Source: Strigamia acuminata (taxonomy: Eukaryota). Taken from it: a DNA stretch of 64,000 nucleotides. Position numbers and translations under genes: made by a program. Each line of letters opens with the position of its first letter. The stretch's first letter is position 1. The stretch lies in contig OX442314.1 in assembly GCA_949358305.1 (NCBI GenBank), positions 22,878,001-22,942,000 of the forward strand. The letters run 5' to 3'. The notes beneath the pieces are model-generated. The model worked only from the letters and a program-made list of their open reading frames with translations. It was not told where the DNA came from and did not search any database. Shown here piece after piece: positions 23,121 to 35,300 of this stretch.

Positions 23121-26100
23121 ATGTCAGCAAACGATGACCAAAATGTTGAGTGTCCTTTGTGCATGGAACCGCTTGAAATGGATGACATTAACTTCTTTCC
23201 ATGCACCTGTGGTTATCAGGTAAAAAAAGAGAGAAACATTACATTTTATTTTTATTAATATGTGTGGGATTTGTTTTAGATATGTCGTTTTTGTTGGCAT
23301 CGAATTCGAACCGATGAAAATGGATTATGCCCAGCTTGTAGAAAGGTATTGAAGGAAATTAATATCGGCGACGATTTTTTCAATACATTTATGTCTAATT
23401 GAAGCAATACCCTGAAGATCCAGCTGATTTTAAACCATTGACTCAAGAAGAATTGCAAAAAATTAAAACAGAAAAAAGACAGAAAGATATGCAAAGGAAA
23501 CAAAAGTTATCAGAAAATAGGAAGCATTTAGCAAATGTTAGGTAAATATTAACGTTTGGTATTTAGATGTAGAAATTTAAATGTGAAATTAAAAATAATT
23601 AATATTTATGTAGAGTTGTACAGAAGAATCTTGTATTCGTCGTTGGTTTGTCGCAAAGATTAGCCGATACAGAAGTATTAAAACGGCACGAGTATTTTGG
23701 GAAATTTGGCAAAATTCATAAAGTTGTCATCAATATGAGCACATCTTACGCTGGTTCACAGGTTTTTATCCACGCCATTGATTAATTAACGTACTCATTG
23801 AACAAAACGTCGAATAGGGTCCGAGCGCGAGCGCATATGTAACTTATCATCGATCCGACGATGCGCTACGTGCAATTCACGCTGTAAATAACATCTACGT
23901 TGATGGGCGAACATTGAAGGCATCACTAGGGACAACGAAATACTGTAGTCACTTTCTAAGAGGGCAGCAATGTCCTAAACCAGTAAATACTTAATTTAAA
24001 CACGAAATTAAAATTTATTTCAATAAACTAAATTATTCTTTTTAGGATTGTATGTACTTGCACGAACTAGGCGACGAAGCAGCCAGTTTTACAAAAGAGG
24101 AAATGCAACAAGGGAAACATCAAGATTACGAAAGAAAACTTCATGAACAGTTGTTCAGTAATCCTCCAGCTCCGCAGCAACAACCAGCACCACCAGCAGC
24201 GGCGGCAGCGGCGGCAGAAAAGAGCAAAGAACAGACGCGAAAACAAGCTTCTTCACCAATTCCTCAACAGCAACCGCCACAACAACTACAGCAGCCCCAG
24301 ATGCAACAAGCACCGCCACCATTACAGCAACCGCAACGCCAATCCCCGCTTAATGCAAATTCAAACGACGCATGGCCATCATTGCAAAGTGGTTTCGTAA
24401 ACAATAGCAGCAGCAACCAATCAAACACAAAAAGTGATGTGCGACAAAAGTCCCAACAGAATATTACGGCAGGAAAACTTGACAGAGGGAGCAGCGCTGG
24501 CTGCAGAAATAGACCAGTGTCGTCAGACGAAGAATGCAGGTAAACCAATCGCTCGCTCATCACTTAACTCAAAGTGTATGAACTGACAATAAAATCTCCA
24601 AATGACGTTTTTTTTTGTTTATTTTTCTCATTCCTACAGCACCATAGGCAATTGCAGAAGCAAAGATCAACTGCCGTCGTCGGTACAACACCAAACAACA
24701 GTGTTACAACAAAATACAAGCTTGGGGGACCGGTCTCTGCAGATACCGCTCGAGTCGCACAACGACCCTCTTCTATCACCCACAAAAACAGATAGCAAAT
24801 TTCCACAAAATTGTCCGTTGACACGGTCGTCAAGTTCAGTCAACAGTTTTTCTTCAGCCAACACGCTGCAACAGAACAGAATGTTATTCGATTCTGCCGA
24901 TAATAATTCATTCTTCAGTAGTGATAATGGATTTCCTCAGAGATCTAGAAACCTAGATTCCTCACCATCATCTCCACCCGATCCTACAGGTCTATTCGCT
25001 CGATTATATCGACACGTTTTGTTGTTGTTAACTTGCTTTTTTTTCTCTTTTAAACAGAGTGGGCGGCTAATTGTACCGATGCACCACCTCTTATCACGGC
25101 TGAAACGCTGCCAGTTTGCAGCGCTACAGATTGGCAAGCTGCTTTTGGCTTTAGTTGTGCTGCGCCTAATAAAGACGATGATTTAGGTCTTTAAATTTAA
25201 TTGTTTTTAATGAAATTATGTATTAATTGTTTTATTTTTTTTTAATTTTAGGGTTTGATCCATGGGACGAGTCGTCAAAAGCATTAGCAGACTTAATGGA
25301 AAAAGAGTCCATGTCTGATCGGCCAACACATTACCCGAATAAAGGTTTAACCACGTTTGGTTTTCCCGTTAATCGGAGTAGTTCGCAAATGTCCATGAAT
25401 CACATTGATCATCGATCCAACAATTTAATAGGATCGCCGCACCGATTGGGTGTGCCACCTGGGTTTTCCACAAATCAGTCAAATCCATTATCGAGACAGA
25501 TAAACAGACCACAACAACAGAATTCTATAGGAACAAGTAATTTTAAAATGATGCGCACGTTTGAATTCTTATTTATATCTGTTTGATTTATTTGGTTTCA
25601 GATCGCAGTAAAACGATTTTTATGAATTTAACGCATAATAATGTTATGTCCAACAGTTCGAATAATTATTTACAGGAAACAGCTACTCCAAATTTAGGGT
25701 TTAGTAATCACATGAAGGAAAGGACATCAAATAATGCTAAGGTTCAATTTTATTTTATTTTTTTATTTTTATTTTTTTTAAAATTTATTTATTTCTCGAT
25801 TTTAGGCTTTAGAAAATTTTGCAATGAAAGAATGGCAAGACAGTATTCGTGCATTGTTACCGAACATAAACATCAATTATTCGACTCAGCATCCTGTGTC
25901 TCAGAATCAGAAACGTATTATTTGTTTATTCTAATTAAAATTGAGAAAAGTGTTAATTTTAATAGCAAATTTGTGCATAACAGCCTGGAATCCACCACCA
26001 CAAACACATTTGTCTTGGATTGCGCAAGACCCAGCCATAGTAACTACAGGAAACCCAACTGAAAGTAAAAAAAAAATAATATAATAATACCACGGCTAAA

Positions 26101-26674
26101 AAAATTATTTATTAGAAAAGTTAAGTCAAGGATCTTGCACTAAATATTCTTGATATTTAAAAAAAATATATTTTAGTCGAGTTGTTCAGTGTAAACCAAT
26201 TTGTACTGATGTTTTGCGTGTATTTTAGGTAGGTCTGATAGTCCACCTCACTGGATGAGGTCTCTTCATCAGTTGACTGAAATTGATGCGCCAGCACCTT
26301 ATAATAATCATCGTTTACCCTTTACCACACAGTTTGCTTACAGACGTAAGTGTTGATTGAGCGAATGTGTTTATAATTGCTGTATGTGATGAAAGAGTAG
26401 TGCATTTGGAAAACACCTTTTATATCGTTTTTTCACTTTTATTTTTATTTTATTTTTTATTTCGATTTTTTTTTTAATGATTTTGCTACAATGCACCTGC
26501 ATAGTTATTCATCCTGCGCAGCATGATTACACAAATTATCGTTTATTTTTGGATTTTTGCTATAAAACCTTCCCCGTTATTGCAGCCGCAGCATGGCCAG
26601 CGGCACAACAGGCCCCTCCCCCACCAGGCTTCAGTACAGCACATAAAGTCCACAGACATGCTAAAGATTGTTGA
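23121..26674 (+). CDS. CNOT4: CCR4-NOT subunit 4 (RING-RRM-C3H1 E3 ligase)
   Basis: ECPLCMEPLEMDDINFFPCTCGYQICRFCWHRIRTDENGLCPACRK, RVVQKNLVFVVGL, SLGTTKYCS, CMYLHE, DDDLGFDPW, PPPGF. The exact C-terminus is uncertain (see findings). Confidence 0.96.
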
Positions 26675-26798
26675 GAGTAAGTGACACTGACTAGTATAAA
26701 AAATATTTTTGAGGTAAATTTTTAAAAAAATGTTTATTTATTTTTTAAATTTAGTTCAAATTTGGACACTCGTATAATTAATTCAATAGTTTTAAATA

Positions 26799-27008
26799 AG
26801 GGGTTTTGTAAATGACACGCTGAAGGCGCTGAAGTGATTATTTTGCATGTCATATGACTTTTATTTATTTATTTTTTATTTATTTTATTCTTCAGCACTA
26901 AAAACCTTCTTTTCAGATGATTATAAATAAGCCTGAAGTGATTATTCATGTGATTGGTCCGCATAGGTCACGTGATAATCACTTCAGCGTGTCATTTATG
27001 AAACCCCT
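26799..27008. mobile_element. PIF/Harbinger-like MITE
   Basis: TIR AGGGGTTTTGTAAATGACACGCTGAAG / CTTCAGCGTGTCATTTATGAAACCCCT; TSD not clean. Confidence 0.7.
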
Positions 27009-28584
27009 TGATGTAAAAATTAAGTCACAAATTATAGATAGTGCACAGAATGATTGATTGTCTCGGCGGAAATCAGTTTTCGGGGAACTAACTCTGTTTA
27101 ATTTTCCAAATGCTAAAGATAGGCAGCAGTAGCTGAGCAACACTTAAGCTCCCATTGCTTCTTCCCTGCAGATTATTGCACACACCGGGCTGTATCTTGT
27201 TTTGTTTTATATTTTTGTTGGATTTATAATTTTTATAATTTTTTTTGTTTTTTTTTAATTTGTGACTTTTTTTTTGTTTTTTAAATGTTCAAAATTTGTA
27301 AACAATTTTTATAATTTCATTTTCAGATCATTAACAATAGCAAATTTAGTCAACATAAGGCAAGGCGGTTGCTGGACTGTTTAATTCAACAAGGCATTGT
27401 TACGATAATTTAAGTCAACAGAAAGCGTCTCGTCATCTTTATTTTTTCTTATTTTCGACCCTTTTTTTTCTTACTGTGTAGACTTGTCACTTTATTCCTG
27501 CTATATCTTTAGAGATCCTTTAAAAAACAAACAGATTTTGAAGTGTTAGTGATGTATACTGCAAAAATATCTTTTTTGTTACAAAAAAAATTTACATAGT
27601 TGAAATAATAACAAGAGAACCACAAACGGTTCTCTCTAAAATGCTTTGTGTTAAATGGTATTATTATTTTTGTGTGAGAAAAAAAAACATGGAAATTTGC
27701 AACTTGATATTTTTTTAAAGAATATTTATGTTATTATCTATATTTTGTGTTAGTAGTCGGCTAACCTTTTAACACATCGCAATTATTATTTTATTTTGGT
27801 TTATAAATTAGCTAAATTTCCAAGAAACAATAATTAAACATTACGAGTGACTAAATTTATTTATTTTTTTACTTTTCTTTCAATGATCATTATTATGGTT
27901 TATTTTTTTTTCTGAAAATAGAAAAGTAGTTGTTTAAATAAATCGATTGTCTAGGAAATAAAGGTTTCAACTGCTGATGTACAAAAGATGTAAAGGTTAT
28001 ATAAAACTTAAATACAGTTATTTCCTTTATTTCCAAGTTGAAACTGCCGGTCTATGTTTGGTTTAGATTGAGATGAGAAAAAAAAATTTGTTGTTACTAA
28101 TATTAATGGATATTTGCTGATATCTTTTTACATTTTTGTTCTGCTGCTGCAAAATTATTTCCCTTCAGTATTCTCTTTCCTCTTAATACATTTCAGCTTA
28201 AAATGATTACAGATAATTAAAGAAAAAAAATAATGTATTATATTTGCCAGTAATTTTTTTTTTCTTTTTATATTTTAATATTTACATTCTCTGGATGCAG
28301 GTCAAGTTTATTCACTCCAATAACCGACTAACAAATTGGATCAGACTTACCTCGATGTGCTACTAACCAAGGATTGGTGTCAATTAAACAGCGACAACTG
28401 AAGGGGTCGACAAATGGGTTAAATTAACGTCATTTATTCGGGGAGACAATTAACCAGATAAGACAATTGATCGGAAAACAATTAAACAGGTGAAAATTAA
28501 ACAAGATTTTTGGTTTTACCCAATTTCAGCCGTTTAATTTTCTGTTTAACTGTCTACTAGATGAATTGACGCCCGGGATAAATA

Positions 28585-28652
28585 CCGTATTTATTCGATT
28601 AAGCGCCGCAGCTGAGGCAGTAAAAATATACTATATTATCGCAAAAATACGG
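28585..28652. mobile_element. Tiny Tc2/pogo-like MITE remnant
   Basis: TA|CCGTATTT...AAATACGG|TA ends. Confidence 0.5.
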
Positions 28653-29486
28653 TATTTTTTTGTATTTAACGTAACGAACGTTGAACATTCGAAACAGCCT
28701 ATGTCAGCCGCAATTACAATATTTTTTCCGTATTTTACATAACGAACTCATTAAAAATAGCTTTAAATTATGTGCAGTTTTCTTGAGTTATTCGAGAAAT
28801 GGAAATTTAATAAGTTAAATTTATCCAAGCTAAATTAATGGTCGATCGTGTAGATAATTGTTGTTACATGTCTATTTCGCTGAATGTTCGCTCAGTGGAA
28901 GATACTTAATAGTAATTGAGGCAATATACAATTTTTTTTAAGCAAAAAAAAAGAAAAACTCCACTTTATGCGAGGACATTAATGCATTAAATTTTCTACA
29001 TGCCGTTTTCTTTTATTTCAACAAACCGCTTTCATTTTATTCATCTTATAAGTCACGCTATCTTGATACTCGTCTAATTCCCATTAAGAATAGCTCTCTC
29101 GATCAATGGTAATTTTTGCAATAGAATAAAACTCATGTCAAACAGCGGTAATAAGAAATTAATCCGATTTTCAGGTGGTTACCCCCCGTCCACCACATCC
29201 TTTTACATTCCTATAAATAACATGATATTGGATTGCTTTGCTGTTGCAATGTTAATAGGAAATAAGTGAAGTAAATCGATCTTCATTAAGGTGGATGCTT
29301 TTTCGTGTCTGGTTAATACTTAATATATTTTTTTTTCAAATCCATTTTTTTATGATCTATGGAATGTTTGAAACATCAATCAAACTGGCAGGCACTGAAT
29401 CTGAATTGTACAAGGAATAAATTATGATTTCCTGCAGGAAATAAGTAAAAGCATAAACGCATTAGGTGTACACACACATTTCTGTG

Positions 29487-31772
29487 CTATAAGCAAGTGT
29501 GTTTCCATTGAATGACTTTCAAAGCAATTCGTGCTGCTTCTTGAACTGATGGATGTGGATCTTCCAGCAGCGGCAAAACCTTGAAAATTGTTGCAAAATG
29601 TTAAGAGTGAAAAATGTGGATAAACATCATGCACTTGCCTTGTCAATGTGATGAAGCAGTATCGCTCTGCCACTAGGAGCTTCGGATACGTTAGTCAACA
29701 ACTAAGATTGTAAATACAACGCATTAAATTCAATTCACACGTCGAAATAAGGATTTCCTGTCAAACATACCTTCAAAATATTGAGTCTAACTTCGAACTT
29801 TTCATGAGGCAATACGGGAATTGCAGTTTCTATTACCTTGTTTTCCAACGCAGTGTATTTACCTCTGGTTATTATTGTTATCCTGCAACGTAGATGTTTG
29901 AATTTTTAGGCCTACTCATAAAAGTTCATTTTTCTTTATAGGGCCCCAAAAATCTATTTCATGGTGCTTCCAATTTTATATTCAGCAATTTCTTGACGAA
30001 TGAGATTCATTAATAATTTAATTAGGTTTTTCATTACGGAATAAAAATAGAGCGATTAACGTTGTGTAGCTCAAGATCTTAAAGTAAAATATGGAAGCGC
30101 CATTAATATTTCAATATTCTTAATAATTACATCATCAAAGCCGATGCAGCTTTTGCTTTAACTAATGGATGATCATCGTTAAGGAGTTTAATTAACACAG
30201 GAACTGTTTGCGTTGAACACGCCAACATTTTTCCTTGTAAAAATACACTGGAAAAAAATTAAGTGCAGCTTTTAATGTGATAAACCCGGGTACATCGTCT
30301 AGATATTATTACCTAAGATCAGTAATTACACGAGCAGTTTTAGCACGTATTATGGGGTATGCATGACCCAACATCTCCTTAAAGATACTCATGGCATTTG
30401 ACTCCAAAGCTTGTCTCACATCATCTTGCAAACAAAGGTGCAATGTGTCCAGAATAATTGTTTGAATAAAATTCCGTTCACTTGTAAGTTTCGTCAACAG
30501 TCTAGTGACCAACTTGTTGTGTAAAATTGCCCGAACTCCTGCAAAAAGTGTTTTATTTGACGGAAAACAATATTTGGCAGGGCTCGAAGTGGAAAATTTC
30601 ACCAACCGGAACGTCGCTTTAAAGTTTAAAAGAATAATAATAATTCGTACAAAATCACAAGAAAAAATTTAACACGAACCGGAATAATATTTTCCGGTAC
30701 ATTTCGAGCCCTGATATTTGGAGGACACCTTGTGGTATTGTTGCTAGTGAGCAAATCGTAATATTTGTATTTTTCCTCGCCGCCATGCAGTCGTCGTCCA
30801 GCAGTTTGTTTAAAGGTATTAAAATACTGGCGGACAGCAAAACATGAAGTCCGCACGAATAAGCTGAGAAAAAATTGATTTTTGGATCTTTTCATTAGTT
30901 TTAGTTCTTGTTTGCCATGGTAACGTTATTAAAAATTCAAAGTTAAATTTTCATGCGTAGCAAGTATTGAATAAAAGCTCATTAATATCATTTCCATTCC
31001 ATTTTTATAAGCTCGTTTACCCGCAATGACTTTAATGCATTCAGCTGCTTTGATTCGCACTAATGTATCCGTTTCCAGCATCATAACTTTTAAAGTTTCG
31101 ATTATACCTGAAAAGAAAATTAGAGCCAGAATTTGCATTTTTCATTTTCACTCTCACATCCTCTTCCTAAATCGATATAAACCAAACAAACCGCATTTTT
31201 TAGCTCTGTCAATGTGTTCTGGATTGTAGAGATAACTACAAAGCTGAATGAGCGCCGTTTGTCTGATTATCAAATTTGCCCCACGAATTTCCCTATTCTT
31301 TAATAAAAATGGGAGATAAGAAAAGAAAAATCTTATTCCTTTTCTAGTTTTATTATATTACCAATTTGGGCAGAGCTTCCAACCCATAAGCTAATTGTGA
31401 TCTTGCAGGATCAATGACAGGTAACGGGATGGTCTCGATTTCGCGAGTTAATTCGATTTCGTCATTGTACGTTTCCTCATACTGATCCCACGGTTCGATT
31501 TGTTCAGGTTGTAGCGGCAAATCTAAACTTTTTATTCTCTTTTTTTCATCCTCGCATATTCTGAATTTGTAAACTGTAAATGTCTCTTCCGCTCGAACGT
31601 CATAATCTGGAGGTTTCGATTCTTCGTCCTCAGCAGTTTCGGATTTCCCGTCGTCCGATTGCGGTTTTGGTGCAATTGGTTTCTCTAATTTTTTAGTTTC
31701 TTGCGGCGGCTTGTCTCCATAGTCGTAATCATCATCATCTTCCAATTCAAATTCAAAATTCAAAGGATTCAT
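29487..31772 (-). CDS. RSPH14: Radial spoke head protein 14 (RTDR1), ARM repeats, with an acidic N-terminal extension
   Basis: AYGLEALPKL, RQTALIQLC, LVRIKAAE, IILDTLHLCLQDD, IIRAKTAR, GKYTALE, SEAPSGR, AARIALKVIQWK, collinear with RSPH14. Confidence 0.9.
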
Positions 31773-31951
31773 ATCTGACTTTAATGTCAATATTGGCTGA
31801 TGTATTCAAAGGAGTCGGCCATCTTTAGTCATCTCTACCAACACAATTTTATTATTCTATATTAGAAATTGTTCAGGTCGCGAGATTTGCAAATTTTTCG
31901 AAATTATTATTATAACATCACAACGTCGCTCGTCCCATGACTTGCAGTTGC

Positions 31952-31963
31952 TGTCACGTGACA
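31952..31963. promoter_or_regulatory. Palindromic E-box TGTCACGTGACA in the RSPH14 / PRR19-like bidirectional promoter
   Basis: Perfect 12-bp palindrome next to AAATGGCGGC (YY1-like) between divergent genes. Confidence 0.55.
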
Positions 31964-32398
31964 ATAAATTGTTGTATTGCAAATGGCGGCTGTGGCATCT
32001 GAACTTTGCCTCTCTTGGTAAACGTTCTTTTCCGATCCTAATTCAGACAAATCCAGTCGATCGTTAATGTTAAGCACAACACTTAATAGTAGCGTTAATC
32101 ATTAATGTGAGAGCATAATTGCTCGTATAATACGGAATGGAATTAAAATAGATTAGGATTTATTGAAATTGGCGATTAATCCTTTGTAAAGTGCCGTAAT
32201 TTATTTATTTTTATTTATACCGGTAATCACGATAATGGGTTGTCATTAATAATTATTAACGTAGCACAAGACTTGACATTGGAATCAGGTAGAATTCGAT
32301 TGAAAAAAATGCTGAAAAAGCGAGAACAGAAGATGAAATTTTATGTTTAGGCCTAAAACGCTTTTGTTTGTGTTTAGCATTCAGAGAGGTAACTAAAC

Positions 32399-35300
32399 AT
32401 GAGTACTGATACAAGCCGTCAGAGAAAAAAAAGAAAACACATTCAACGGTCGCACAAAAGTTCTGTGAGTAATGAGTATGTTTAACTCGGAGATTTGTTT
32501 GAAAGGAATTAAAAATGCATTTATTTAATTTTGTGAAAGGATGTTTTACATTTTAATCACGAAGAAGCGATCCATGCCGTTGAAACCAATCAAGTAAGTT
32601 GGCAAAAGTCATTTTCTTTTTAAAAGAAAGATTATTTTTATATTTTTATATCTTTTAGAAGAAGTTACGGACGGATAAACCAGGAATTAGAAGTGTAACT
32701 AAAAATAGATTAACTGTAAGGAATTATTATTCTATTTAAAATTTAAAATGGGATTAATTTTCAATGATTTCAGATGAAAGTGGGGATGTTCCAGTTTGGC
32801 AAAAGATCTGACAGCTTCACATCAAAAGGTGAATTTACACATTAAAAACTTATAAAAATTTATTCGAAGTTACGTGCAAAAAAAATTTAAAAAAAAATTT
32901 ACCAACACAAATGAAATATTTACACGTAACAATTTATTTTTTACGCACAAAATTAAATTTTTACATATAAAATTAATTTTTTGCGTGCAAAAACTGAATT
33001 TGTACATTTAAATTGGATTTTCAATTTTTACTAGTGAAACTTCAATATGTACACGTAAAACTTCAATTTGTACACGTAAAACCTCAATTTTTACACGTAA
33101 AACCTCAATTTTTACACGTAAAACCTCAATTTTTACACGTAAAACCTCAATTTTTACACGTAAAATTAAATTTTTACCATTATTTGCTTGGTATTTTAGC
33201 GTGATGCCACTTTGAAATACTTAAAATGTATTATTTATCTATTAAAGTGTCGGAAGAAACTAAAGCACGAGCCAATGAAGATTTAAAACGAATTTTGCAA
33301 TTGGCGAACCCGCCGTCTTCACCGCAAGACTTTCAACCGAATCATGTTGCGTCTGAACTAAATGTTTTTCGATCGTATCCCGAATGGAACTCGATTTTAC
33401 CAGGAAGTAAAAGAAAAAAAACTTTTTCAAGGTACCTTATTTCTGTATTTTCAAATATTTTAATTTAAAATTGAATCAAACGTTGATATTAAATTCTTAT
33501 AAAATTAATTTTGCAGAGGTTCTTCTACTAAATCGACCGATTTGGAATCCGTAGAAGAGGAAATTGAATTTCCTGTTGTGAGTTTGTTTTCCTTTGTTTG
33601 TCTGACACAAGCATGAAAATGAATTTTTAAATTACATGCTTTCTCTTTTCTTGGTTTGATTTCAGTCGCCTCCTATTGAGGCCGTAGCGGATCGCTTGTC
33701 GTCTGTGTTTGAAATGAAAATTAAGAGTTTATGCTTAGGTCGAGGTTAGTAAGATTTTTTTTTCTCATTCTTTCGATAATTGAATAAATTACTCGCGGGT
33801 TTGTCTGGGAAAAATACTTTAAAGTTTTGTTTATCTTTGTTTCAGCGTCTGGTGGCAAAACATTCTCTAATTTGCAATTTACTTGTTTTGATTTTGGTAC
33901 CAGATGGTGAAAGTTAGGTTGTTGGCATTTTTAACTTTTTATGCACTAAAGTTTAATCGTAATCTGTGGCTTACCAGTCATACCCCCATTTAGGGCTAGC
34001 TAGACTAACCTAAAAATAATTCAGGAGGCAGCATATCTATTTTGCAAATATGGGCTAAGCACCAGGTAAAAATTTTCAGGTGGTATTTGTTATTGTACTG
34101 TACGTATTTGTACAGTACTTGACCAGCAGCATTTGTTCTACGTTAGTGACAAATGCTTGCTACATTAACGTAATTCACACAAATTTCTGAAATTTATTGT
34201 AATGAGAAAAGGTTTTCCCTAGTGACAAATAAGTGATGTTGCAACCATACAATACAGACGTGTTAATATAAATTCCATGGCTAGGGTTAACTTAGCAACA
34301 GGCTCCTATTTGAGGCGGCTACAATTCAAGGGCGACTCCTAATTGCAAAAATACGTTCAAAATTCGTGCAATAGACCTTTGGAAAAATGAGGTGAGGTGA
34401 TATGATCATCTAATTGTAACAATTGTTGCCCCTCTACTTCTATGAGAAAAGCTATTAGGCACGTTCTCTGATTTCGCTGATTTCGCTGATTTTGGGAACT
34501 CGTCATGAAAACAAATCAGATTTCAGAAAATCCGATTTCGCGAAAGCGACGTGTAGGGTCGCTTTCCTTAATTTCCTTGATTTCCAAGTTGATTTTCAGC
34601 CACCTTGAATTGTACACGAGCGATCAGAGCAGTCATTTATGTTTGCAATTTCATAATTGCAATTGGGAAAATTGCAATTGCAGTTGGGAAAATCGTGATA
34701 TTTCGGCCGCGTTTGAGCTATCAACTGCGGTTGAAAGTTTTTAAATTTCAAACAGGAAGTCAAATTGGGTATGCGCAGCAGTTGGATTTCCAAAAAAATT
34801 GAGGCCGTTCAAAGTTGAAATCCGATTTCTTTGATTTCAGAAAATCAAGAAAATTTGAACGCACCTATTGAAAAATAACATAACATTGCTAATTTGTAGT
34901 TTTCTTATTGAGGGCGGAACCAAACTGCATTATGTCATATTTTTCCAATGGTTTATTGGAAAAACTATTGGGAAATAAAAGTGTGATGATAACCGAAATC
35001 GGTTAGATTTTCTTACATGCGAGCAATTTTAATTTGAAGATTTTATCTTATTTTTCCAATTTGATCTGTTAAGCTACACGAATTCCCAGCTGTTGACAGT
35101 AGGATTGCAGAATCCAACCAGAAAACACACGCATTACATCACAAATGTTTGTTTTACCATGTTGTATACAGATACTGGCTACTGCAACTGCTGCATGTAC
35201 CTAAGCTTATCTACACGCATGACATGACTGGCTGATGGGCTTTTCTTCAACCATGTTAAGACAGCTGAAATCTGCTTGAAATTGCAAAATTTGAGCACGA

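Noticed and set aside
33013..33204. ORF with repeated KPQFLHV
   Set aside because: Translation of an intronic 21-bp minisatellite.
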